Made by a program: the position numbers and the translations under genes
NCBI GenBank assembly: GCA_031271665.1
Contig: JAISVI010000038.1
Coordinates: 1 to 30,959 of the forward strand
Reading direction: 5' to 3'
DNA from: Oscillospiraceae bacterium
GTDB taxonomy: Bacteria > Bacillota > Clostridia > Oscillospirales > UBA929
DNA length: 30,959 bases
In this document: one piece after another, positions 18,485 to 26,084 of the stretch
Position numbering within the stretch: position 1 is the stretch's first letter
Layout: each line of letters opens with the position of its first letter
Notes under the pieces: generated by a model
Told to the model about the DNA's origin: nothing
Databases searched by the model: none
The model's input: only the letters and a program-made list of their open reading frames with translations

Positions 18485-18846
18485 GAGAAAAGCAGCATAC
18501 GCGCGCCGCCAAGCGCCATAAGCGCGCCGAAGCCGCGTTTAAGCCAGACCGGGCTCATCTTCCCGTAAAGAAGCCCCGCCGCTATGCCTCCGGCAAGGCC
18601 TCCGGCCAGATACGGCCACGCGTCGCCCCACTGAAAGCCGCCGCGGAAAAGGTAGATGCCCGCCGACAAAAGGCAAAGCGGCAAAACCGTCATAACCGTG
18701 GTGGCAAGCGCCTTTTTCTGCTCAAGGCCGACCCATGAGGTAAACAGAGGAACCGCCGCCGTTCCGCCCCCCGTCCCCATAAGCCCGTTGACAACCCCCG
18801 CCGCCGCGCCTGTGAGGGCGCATTTTACAGTCTTGTTCAAGGACAA
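18481..18846 (-). CDS. TSUP/TauE-SafE family half-transporter (4-TM).
   Basis: 121 aa. Contains …LMGTGGGTAAVPL…, typical of TauE/SafE repeat units. Confidence 0.75.
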   Translation of the reverse strand: MSLNKTVKCALTGAAAGVVNGLMGTGGGTAAVPLFTSWVGLEQKKALATTVMTVLPLCLLSAGIYLFRGGFQWGDAWPYLAGGLAGGIAAGLLYGKMSPVWLKRGFGALMALGGARMLLFS

Positions 18847-18975
18847 CCCCTCCGTTCATACGCTATATTATGTATGGGCAGAGGGGGTTTTATTAGGGGG
18901 ATATGCGGTTTATGCGTTTGCGGTTGATATGCGCCGCTGAAATGATATACTTGCATATACAAGGAGGGGGTCGTT

Positions 18976-19416
18976 ATGCGACTAAGAAAAATGGATATAT
19001 CAGATTATGATAGAGTATATTCTTTATGGATTGGCACACCCGGTATGGGATTAAATACAACAGATGACTCAAAAGAAGGTATAGCAAAATATTTAAATCG
19101 CAATCCCAATACCTGTTTCGTTGCTGAAAATGATAACGAAATAATCGGCGCAATAATGAGTGGACATGATGGGCGCAGAGGATATATTCACCATACCGCC
19201 GTAAAAACTTCCGAACAAAACATGGGCATTGGAAGCGCTTTGCTTGCGTGCGCAATGGATGCACTGAAGGCGGAAGGGATTCATAAGGTTGCGCTCGTCG
19301 TTTTTGGCAGGAATGAAATTGGCAACACATTTTGGGAGAAGAAAGGATTTACATCCCGCGACGATTTAATATATCGGAATAAGAATATAAATCCTTTGAC
19401 CAGAGTTGATACTTAA
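18976..19416 (+). CDS. GNAT-family N-acetyltransferase.
   Basis: 146 aa. Acetyl-CoA-binding motif …QNMGIGSALLACAMDALKAEG…. RBS is AAGGAGGGGG. Confidence 0.85.
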   Translation: MRLRKMDISDYDRVYSLWIGTPGMGLNTTDDSKEGIAKYLNRNPNTCFVAENDNEIIGAIMSGHDGRRGYIHHTAVKTSEQNMGIGSALLACAMDALKAEGIHKVALVVFGRNEIGNTFWEKKGFTSRDDLIYRNKNINPLTRVDT

Positions 19417-19565
19417 TGCCGCAGCATAACCGCTATCTGCTGTGCAGGTCGTCAATAGTCCCGTTCCGCAGTTTGTCTTCGGCCTGAAGCTCTTGAAAAT
19501 TCAAAGGGCATGATTGACTTTTTGGATTTGGCGTGGCAAACTATAAACGGAGGGTATTTATATTT
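19417..19565 (+). repeat. Copy D1 of a duplicated ~145-bp intergenic leader.
   Basis: About 92% identical to 20576-20605 plus 20806-20935. Begins at the upstream stop codon (ataaccgYtatctgctgtgcaggtc) and ends about 25 nt before the downstream RBS. Contains a short ORF MIDFL(D/A)LAWQTIN(G/E)GYLY. Confidence 0.85.
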
Positions 19566-19588
19566 TTACGATTAAGGGGAACTGGTAA

Positions 19589-20575
19589 ATGAACAAAAGA
19601 AGACGCGAGATTATTGCGGCAAACGAAGTTTCTGAATTGAGAACTTATTTGTTGGGCGGATATGAACAGAAAGTGGCTCTGGACGGCAAATCAAAGGATT
19701 TGCCTATCGGGCTTTGCCTGCATGGTGGCCCTGGTTCCCCCATTCCGTTTTCGGTAGGGTGCAGGGGTATGTTTCCAGAGTTCACGGAACGCTTCATCAT
19801 GGTTTACTGGGATCAGTTTGGATGCGGAATCAACAACCACAAGATTGACGATTCTTTTTCAATTGACACATTTGTAGATATGACAACTGAGCTGATTGCG
19901 GAACTTAAAAAAGAGTTTCCGAATAATATCTTGATTCTTCTGGGAGTCTCATGGGGTTCAGTATTGGCGGCTGAGGCCGCCGCCAGAATGCCCGATAAGG
20001 TGGACGGCGTATTGATTTACGGACAGGTTATAATGAATTTGTTTTTCAATGATGAATGCTTTGGCACACTGCAAAGCTCCGCCGTGCCTGCAAAAACGAA
20101 AGAACGCATCGGTTTGCTGCAACAAAAAGAAAACTACACACTCGATGATATACAACTCTTTGCGAAGTGTATTCGCAAGTATACAGATGGATACCAGAAT
20201 AAATCGGGCGAAAAGCTGCCGATGGGCCCAATAATCAGGGGTCTGCTGACAAGCCCGGACTATTCCGTTAAAGATGTAACCGCGATTGTAAAGAACGGTT
20301 TCATGAAGAACAAAAGCATCTGGAATGAACTGCTCCAAATCGACCTGCGCGATACCTTGCGGGGAATACGGGTGCCATATCGAATTATTCAAGGAAGCAC
20401 CGATATAGTTACTTCTACAAAGAGCGTAACTGAATTTGTCGAGCAATGCGGAAACGAAAGCCTTAGCTTGCGAGTGCTGCCCGGAAATGGGCATATGACA
20501 GGGCCAAACGGCATGAACGAGGTATTATCGGAGGGCGTTGAATTGACCGAGCGGATTTTAGCAAGCAGACAATAA
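19589..20575 (+). CDS. Alpha/beta hydrolase, S33 (proline iminopeptidase-like) family.
   Basis: 328 aa. HGGPGS oxyanion motif. GVSWGS nucleophile elbow. C-terminal GNGHM. Confidence 0.8.
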   Translation: MNKRRREIIAANEVSELRTYLLGGYEQKVALDGKSKDLPIGLCLHGGPGSPIPFSVGCRGMFPEFTERFIMVYWDQFGCGINNHKIDDSFSIDTFVDMTTELIAELKKEFPNNILILLGVSWGSVLAAEAAARMPDKVDGVLIYGQVIMNLFFNDECFGTLQSSAVPAKTKERIGLLQQKENYTLDDIQLFAKCIRKYTDGYQNKSGEKLPMGPIIRGLLTSPDYSVKDVTAIVKNGFMKNKSIWNELLQIDLRDTLRGIRVPYRIIQGSTDIVTSTKSVTEFVEQCGNESLSLRVLPGNGHMTGPNGMNEVLSEGVELTERILASRQ

Positions 20576-20605
20576 CCGTTATCTGCTGTGCAGGTCATAA
20601 ATATA
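20576..20605 (+). repeat. Copy D2, part a, of the duplicated leader (5' segment).
   Basis: taaccgttatctgctgtgcaggtc aligns with 19427-19450. Confidence 0.75.
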
Positions 20606-20630
20606 TTCCGAACATAATCGGCAAACACAA

Positions 20631-20805
20631 GGTAGCGGTAACCCCGTAGGGAACGCATTTATGCGTTCCGCATCCCGCAGACAAAACCGCAATTCAGATG
20701 ACGCGCCGTGGGTGTCGCGCCCTACAAACCCTCTCCGTCACGCTGCGCGTGCTACCTGTCCTCAATAGGGGAGGCAAGGGACGTTTTGCGGTGGACAATG
20801 GAACG
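20631..20805 (-). repeat. Copy R5: full-length composite repeat element (modules 3-2-1), inserted inside copy D2 of the leader.
   Basis: Contains the 20-bp perfect palindrome GGAACGCATTTATGCGTTCC (20650-20669). Contains the reverse complement of TTTGTAGGGCGCGAC…GGCGCG. Contains the reverse complement of GCACGCGCAGCGTGACGGAGAGGGT, which is identical to R4. Confidence 0.85.
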
Positions 20806-20935
20806 CTGTCCCGTTCCGCTGTTTGTCTTCGGTCTGAAGCCCCTTGGAAATTCAAACGGCATGATTGACTTTTTGGCTTTGGCGTGGCAGACTATAAACG
20901 AAGGGTATTTATATTAGGCGGCATAAGGAGGGGGA
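20806..20935 (+). repeat. Copy D2, part b, of the duplicated leader (3' segment).
   Basis: gtcccgttccgcTgtttgtcttcggTctgaagc…catgattgactttttggCtttggcgtggcaGactataaacgAagggtatttatat aligns with 19458-19565. Confidence 0.85.
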
Positions 20936-20942
20936 TGAGGCC

Positions 20943-21569
20943 ATGTTATTAAAATCTCAGTTTTATGATATAAACCGCTATCTTGAATCCGACGAGATAA
21001 TTGACTATATGGGGCAATCTGCACGCGGTATCACGGATTTGTCGTCTGAAATCATGGCGCGTTCAAAAGGCATAACAGAATTCGTTAAAAATGCGTATGA
21101 ATATGTAAGGGACAACATTTCACACTCCGCCGATATTCAAGGGAGCGTAGTTACTTGCAGAGCATCCGATGTATTACAGGCGCAGGAAGGTATATGCTTT
21201 GCCAAAGCTCATTTATTGGCCGCCATATTGCGCTGTAACTATGTTCCCACGGGCTTCTGCTACCAAAAACTCATTTTAGATGATATAAATGCGCCTTATC
21301 TCATTTTGCACGGATTAAATGCTGTATATATCGAGGAGATTGGGCGTTGGATACGGCTGGACGCAAGGGGGAACAAGCCCGGAGTGAACGCACAGTTTTC
21401 TCTTGAACAAGAGAAATTAGCATTTCCTGTACGTCGGGAGAAAGGCGAGGTGGATATTCCTATAGTCTTTGCAAATCCTGACCAAAATGTAATTAAAGCA
21501 TTGACCACAAATAAAACTCTCAATATGTTGTGGTCGAATCTGCCCGTTGAGCTTGACACGGCAGTATAA
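20943..21569 (+). CDS. Transglutaminase-like / papain-like cysteine protease superfamily protein.
   Basis: 208 aa. Catalytic-Cys context GICFAKAHLLAAILRC. Downstream His and Asp (LHGLNAVY…RLD). Strong RBS AAGGAGGGGG. AT-rich. Confidence 0.7.
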   Translation: MLLKSQFYDINRYLESDEIIDYMGQSARGITDLSSEIMARSKGITEFVKNAYEYVRDNISHSADIQGSVVTCRASDVLQAQEGICFAKAHLLAAILRCNYVPTGFCYQKLILDDINAPYLILHGLNAVYIEEIGRWIRLDARGNKPGVNAQFSLEQEKLAFPVRREKGEVDIPIVFANPDQNVIKALTTNKTLNMLWSNLPVELDTAV

Positions 21570-21640
21570 GCATTTTCAACCACTGCGCAAGACTAACCCA
21601 AGGCAAAAAACACGAAAGACCGAAAAAGGGGGCTTTACCC

Positions 21641-22759
21641 ATAGATACGCGGGTATTCGCGGCGGCTTGCGCCGATTACGCGGACGCGGACGCCGCCGTG
21701 CGGCGCGTTATGGACGCGTTCGGCGGGGCGGAGGGCATTCTGGCGGGGCGGAAGAGGGTGCTTGTAAAGCCGAATCTGGTCATGCCAAAGAAGCCGGAGG
21801 CCGCCGCAACGACGCACCCGGCAGTAGTTGCGGCGGTGTGCCGCGCGTTTGTGAAAGCCGGGGCGGAGGTATATATAATTGACTCGAACATCGCGCCGCA
21901 CAGTGTGCCGGTGCTTAATGTAATGTATAAATCAAGCGGTATGGACAAGGCCGCCGCCGAGTCCGGCGCGCAGCTTTGCTTTGACGTGGCGACACGCAAG
22001 ACCGAGCGCGCGGAGAACAGGACGCTTACGTCGTTCCCGTGCCTCGCGCCGGTTCTCGACACCGAGCTTTTGGTTACGGTGGGCAAGGCAAAGACCCACG
22101 GGCTTGCGTATTTCACCGGAACGGTGAAGAATCTTTTCGGGGTGCTTCCGGGTATGGAGAAGCCGAATATACACCGCAAATTCCCGGCGGCGGCGGACTT
22201 TATGTCCGCGATTGTGGACATATGCGAAACCGTCAAGCCCGGCTTCGCGGTGCTGGACGGCGTGGTCGGCATGGAGGGCGACGGCCCTACGGCGGGTACG
22301 CCCAAGGCGTTTGGTGTCATTCTGGGCGGCGCGAACCCCCACGCGGTGGATTTGGCCGCCTGCCACCTTATGAGCCTGCGGCCGGAGCGCGTCCCCGCGC
22401 TCGCGGAGGCCGCCGCGCGGGGGCTTGTCCCGCGCTCGGCGGATAAACTTACGTGGCTTGGCGACGAAACCGCGCGGCTTATAACCGTTTTCCGCCCACC
22501 TAAGACCGAACGCGTGGGCGGCTTTTTCCTGCGGCATCTGATTCCGAAACGGCTTAACAGGCGGCTGCGCGCGGTTATGGCAAAGTACCCGGTTATTTCG
22601 CCGCGATGCGGGGGCTGCGGGGAATGCGCGCGTATATGTCCGCAGAAAACGATCACGATGGACGGCAAAAAGGCCGTGGTTGACGAAAAAAACTGCATAA
22701 AGTGCTATTGCTGCCATGAGTTCTGCTCCATGCGGGCGATTGATTTCAGGGGGCGCTGA
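21641..22759 (+). CDS. DUF362-domain protein with C-terminal 2x[4Fe-4S] ferredoxin domain.
   Basis: The track ORF 21698..22759 starts at a GTG with no RBS. The in-frame upstream codons (IDTRVFAAACADYADADAAVRRVMDAFGG) match the conserved DUF362 N-terminus (M-KVAVIRCxxYD…LGG). A good RBS AAAAAGGGGGC lies 9 nt upstream of ATA 21641. This suggests a non-AUG start or a mutated start. The C-terminus has CGGCGEC…CPQ and C..C..C…C motifs. Confidence 0.6.
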   Translation: MDTRVFAAACADYADADAAVRRVMDAFGGAEGILAGRKRVLVKPNLVMPKKPEAAATTHPAVVAAVCRAFVKAGAEVYIIDSNIAPHSVPVLNVMYKSSGMDKAAAESGAQLCFDVATRKTERAENRTLTSFPCLAPVLDTELLVTVGKAKTHGLAYFTGTVKNLFGVLPGMEKPNIHRKFPAAADFMSAIVDICETVKPGFAVLDGVVGMEGDGPTAGTPKAFGVILGGANPHAVDLAACHLMSLRPERVPALAEAAARGLVPRSADKLTWLGDETARLITVFRPPKTERVGGFFLRHLIPKRLNRRLRAVMAKYPVISPRCGGCGECARICPQKTITMDGKKAVVDEKNCIKCYCCHEFCSMRAIDFRGR

Positions 22760-23643
22760 TGGATAACGGCATCACGGTAAACGCCTACGCCAAAATAAAT
22801 CTCGCGCTGGATGTACTTGGCCGCCGGGACGACGGCTATCACAATCTGCGCATGGTTATGCAGTCCGTCAGTTTCTGCGACATTCTTACGCTTCGCAAGT
22901 CCAGATCCGGGCGGCATACTATTACGACGGAGGGCGGAAAGTGCGCGGGGCTTCCCGTGGGATCGCGCAATCTGGCGCTGCTTGCCGCCGAGCTTTTTTT
23001 CGCCCGCGCGGGGATACAGGATGTTTCGCTTGACATCACGCTTGATAAGCGCATTCCAGTTTGCGCGGGACTTGGCGGCGGTTCCTCGGACGCGGCGGCG
23101 GTGCTTTTGGCTCTGCGCGGCGAGTTTGCCCCGGAACTGCCGATTGAAACGCTTCTGGAATGGGCGCTTGAGCTTGGAAGCGACGTGCCGTTCTGCGTTC
23201 TGGGCGGAACGGCGCTTGCCGGGGGCAGGGGAGAGGCGCTTACGCCCCTGCCGCCTCTGCCTCCGTGCCATATAGTGCTTTGCAAGCCGCCCGTACCCGT
23301 ATCTACCAGAAAAGCATTCGAGATGATTGACAAAGTAAAAATAAGCCGCCGCCCCGACATCGCGGGTCTTCGCGCCGCGCTTTCGCGCGAAGACCTGCCT
23401 GGGGCGGCGCGCTATATGTACAATGTGTTCGAGGACACGCTTACGGAGAAACACCGCGACATACGCGCCATACACTCCGCGCTTCTTGATTTTGGCGCGC
23501 TTGGCGCGGTTATGAGCGGCACCGGCCCGACGGTTCTTGGCGTATTCTCCGACGGTCAGGCCGCGCGCGCCGCGCGGGACGAGCTTTCAAAAACCTTTGC
23601 GGAGACGTATCTGTGCGAGTCAAGAGCCTCTTACAAATCGTAA
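22759..23643 (+). CDS. ispE: 4-diphosphocytidyl-2-C-methyl-D-erythritol kinase.
   Basis: 294 aa. Contains AYAKINLALDVLGRRDDGYHNLRMVMQSV… and a GHMP-kinase motif PVCAGLGGGSSDAAA. The start overlaps the DUF362 stop in TGATG. Confidence 0.9.
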   Translation: MDNGITVNAYAKINLALDVLGRRDDGYHNLRMVMQSVSFCDILTLRKSRSGRHTITTEGGKCAGLPVGSRNLALLAAELFFARAGIQDVSLDITLDKRIPVCAGLGGGSSDAAAVLLALRGEFAPELPIETLLEWALELGSDVPFCVLGGTALAGGRGEALTPLPPLPPCHIVLCKPPVPVSTRKAFEMIDKVKISRRPDIAGLRAALSREDLPGAARYMYNVFEDTLTEKHRDIRAIHSALLDFGALGAVMSGTGPTVLGVFSDGQAARAARDELSKTFAETYLCESRASYKS

Positions 23644-25061
23644 TACATCTCAAACTCGGCGGGGTGCGGAAGGCGGTCATAGTACGCGGCCTCGCCGCGC
23701 TTGTTTTTTATCCAAAGGTCGATAAGGCGCTTGGGAAACACGCCCGAAGTTTCGAGAAAAGCGCGGTCGTTCTCAAGGGCGTCCAGTGCCTCTCCAAGGC
23801 TTCCGGGAAGGGACTTTATCTTCGCCTTTTCCTGGTCGGAGAGGTTGTACAGATTAAAGTCGTACGGCCCGAACCCCTCTTTCGCCGGGTCGATTCTGTT
23901 GATAACGCCGTCAATGCCGGCCATAAGGATCGCGGAGTAGGCGTAATAGGGATTGCATGTGCCGTCCGGGCTTCTAAGCTCAAAGCGCTTCTTGTCCGGG
24001 CCTTTGGCATACGCGGGAATGCGCACCACGGCGCTTCGGTTCGAGGTGGCGTAGCCGACGGTGACGGGCGCCTCGTATCCGGGGGTAAGGCGCTTATAGG
24101 AGTTCGTGCTTGGGTTTGTGAACGCGCATAAAGCTTTGGCGTGTTTAAGCAGTCCGCCGATAAAGAAAAGCGCCGTTTCGCTTAGTTGGGAATAGCCCTG
24201 CGCGTCATAGAACACGGGTCTTCCGTCCTTGCGCAGAAGCATATGGACGTGCATTCCGTTCCCGGCCTCGCCATAAATGGGCTTGGGCATAAACGTGGCG
24301 GTTTTCCCCTCGCGCATGGCGGCGTTTTTGATTATGTACTTTGTCATCATGGTCTTGTCGGCCATTTCAAGAAGCGTTCCGAACTCCACCTCGACCTCTA
24401 ACTGCCCGGGGCCGCCAACCTCGTGATGGTGGTACTTCACGTCAATGCCGCGCTGCTGCATAAGTGCCGTGACCCGGCTTCTGAACCCGCCCAGAGTGTC
24501 CATCGGCGGCGCCATGTGATAGCCGCCCTTGTGCGGCATCTTATAGCCAAGGTTCTTTTCCGGAAGCCCCGTGTTCCACTCGGCCTGCGCCGAGTCAAGG
24601 CGATAGCCGGATGACTGGGGCTTTACGCTGTAGCTTATATGGTCAAACACATGGAACTCGAATTCCGGCCCGATAATCATCTCGTCCGCAATGCCGGTAG
24701 AGAGAAGGTATTCCTGGGCGTTAAACGCCACGCTTCGCGGGTCTTGGTCAAAGCGTTTGTTGTCGGGCAGTTCTATGACGTACACGTCGCCAAGCATGGC
24801 AATCGTCGGTATCTCGGCGAAAGCGTCCATATACGCGGTGCTGATATCCGGCACAAACACCATGTCGCTTTTCTCGACGGGCGCGAAACCGTAATTGGAA
24901 CCGTCGAAGCCGATGCCGTGTTTAAGCGTGTCTTCGGTAAAGCGATCTATCGGCATTGTAAGATGCCGCCAGCGTCCGTTAATGTCGATCATCATGAAAT
25001 CCGCCATTTCCGCCGCGTGCTGCTTTGCGTATGCCATCACGTCGCCAAGGGTTTTGAACAT
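23631..25061 (-). CDS. glnA: Glutamine synthetase (type I-like glutamate-ammonia ligase).
   Basis: 476 aa. Has beta-grasp and catalytic-domain motifs (…GPEFEFHVFD…, …NPSTNSYKRL…). RBS is GGAGGT. The 3' end overlaps ispE convergently by 13 nt. Confidence 0.9.
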   Translation of the reverse strand: MFKTLGDVMAYAKQHAAEMADFMMIDINGRWRHLTMPIDRFTEDTLKHGIGFDGSNYGFAPVEKSDMVFVPDISTAYMDAFAEIPTIAMLGDVYVIELPDNKRFDQDPRSVAFNAQEYLLSTGIADEMIIGPEFEFHVFDHISYSVKPQSSGYRLDSAQAEWNTGLPEKNLGYKMPHKGGYHMAPPMDTLGGFRSRVTALMQQRGIDVKYHHHEVGGPGQLEVEVEFGTLLEMADKTMMTKYIIKNAAMREGKTATFMPKPIYGEAGNGMHVHMLLRKDGRPVFYDAQGYSQLSETALFFIGGLLKHAKALCAFTNPSTNSYKRLTPGYEAPVTVGYATSNRSAVVRIPAYAKGPDKKRFELRSPDGTCNPYYAYSAILMAGIDGVINRIDPAKEGFGPYDFNLYNLSDQEKAKIKSLPGSLGEALDALENDRAFLETSGVFPKRLIDLWIKNKRGEAAYYDRLPHPAEFEMYYDL

Positions 25062-25121
25062 TTATGTTACCTCCGTGTATGTAATGCGGAAATAATAGCA
25101 TAAATCGTGGGGTTTGTACAG

Positions 25122-25200
25122 CGGTAACGCCGTAGCCGTAGGGAACGCATTTATGCGTTCCGCTTGACGACAAATCCACAATCCAGATGGCGCGCCGTAG
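25122..25200 (+). repeat. Copy R6 of the repeat family (module 3 plus a partial module 2).
   Basis: cagcggtaacgccgtagccgtagGGAACGCATTTATGCGTTCCgcttgacgacaaatccacaatccagatggcgcgccgtag aligns with 20631-20712. The palindrome is at 25142-25161. Confidence 0.8.
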
Positions 25201-25206
25201 AAACGT

Positions 25207-25944
25207 TTAACTCCTGCTGCGCAGATGATGGAGTTTCATGTTGATTAAAACCAGCGTGGCGGCTTGGCAAACATTATATGAAGCGACTGCGATGTTGCCG
25301 CCAAACTCGGGAAGGGCGGCAATTAGCGCGCTTGCGGCAAGGATATAATTTATCACGATCAAAGGCACCGGGATGGTTCCGCTCCAACCGGCCTCCTCCA
25401 AGGATCTTTTAGTAATCCCAAGGGTTTTTAGGATTCCGAAAAGATAAACCCCAACCATACCGACAGTTAATATACTTGTTATAATCGCCCAAATCGCGAG
25501 GAAGTCAGATCCCCTGATCAGCGGCTCTAAATTCAGAAGGTCGGGCAGGCGGAACGAATAATTGTCTCTCGTCAGTGAATATACAAGCATATATCCGCCC
25601 ACTGAAAACTCTAGCGCAAACTGCGCGATGATACCCGCTTTCAAAAAATTCAGCCGCCCGCGGCTTAACTCGTTGTTTCGGGACGCGGCAAAGAAAAGCC
25701 ACATGCCTATGCAAATCAAAATCCGGGGTATCATAGCTGCAAGCGCGACAAATATCAGCGCATCGTAAACAGCGGCAATGCCAAACATTGAAAAGCTGAG
25801 GCCGTCCACTATTTGTGTCGATCTGATAAACGTGTCAAGCGTGTATGTCAGTATTGCAACCAGAAATGCGGTTGACCCGCCCGCATCCATGACGATCTTC
25901 CGTCTGTCTGTTTTGGGCGGTGCGATATGCGGCGTATAATACAT
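25207..25944 (-). CDS. Polytopic integral membrane protein of unknown function (about 7-8 TM).
   Basis: The track ORF starts at a TTG with no RBS. ATG 25944 (MYYTPHIAPP…) has GGGGGG upstream. Divergent from the merR-family gene. Confidence 0.6.
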   Translation of the reverse strand: MYYTPHIAPPKTDRRKIVMDAGGSTAFLVAILTYTLDTFIRSTQIVDGLSFSMFGIAAVYDALIFVALAAMIPRILICIGMWLFFAASRNNELSRGRLNFLKAGIIAQFALEFSVGGYMLVYSLTRDNYSFRLPDLLNLEPLIRGSDFLAIWAIITSILTVGMVGVYLFGILKTLGITKRSLEEAGWSGTIPVPLIVINYILAASALIAALPEFGGNIAVASYNVCQAATLVLINMKLHHLRSRS

Positions 25945-26084
25945 CCTAAAAAGCCCCCCTGGTTTTTGTTTGCCCAACGCAATGCGTCGGCCATTATCAT
26001 AATTTATTTTTGAAAAAACCCTCTTGCAATTGTCGTAGCGTCAAGTGTTATACTGTATTTAGGCATCAGAGAAAGGAGGTTTCC

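Noticed and set aside
19500-19570. Short ORF MIDFLDLAWQTINGGYLYFYD inside the duplicated leader as a bona fide leader peptide.
   Set aside because: Not rejected outright. The only candidate SD sequence (AAAGGG) abuts the ATG with about 1-nt spacing. The three nucleotide differences between copies do not allow a synonymous/non-synonymous test, so coding status is unsupported.
21676-23475. Minus-strand ORFs of 340, 261 and 256 aa opposite the DUF362 and ispE genes, and a 135-aa plus-strand ORF at 22039.
   Set aside because: Arg/Pro/Ala-rich GC artefacts overlapping well-supported genes.
25062-25206. GlnR/TnrA box (TGTNA-N7-TNACA) upstream of glnA.
   Set aside because: I scanned the leader in the sense orientation and found no match to the dyad. 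Only the repeat-family palindrome is present.
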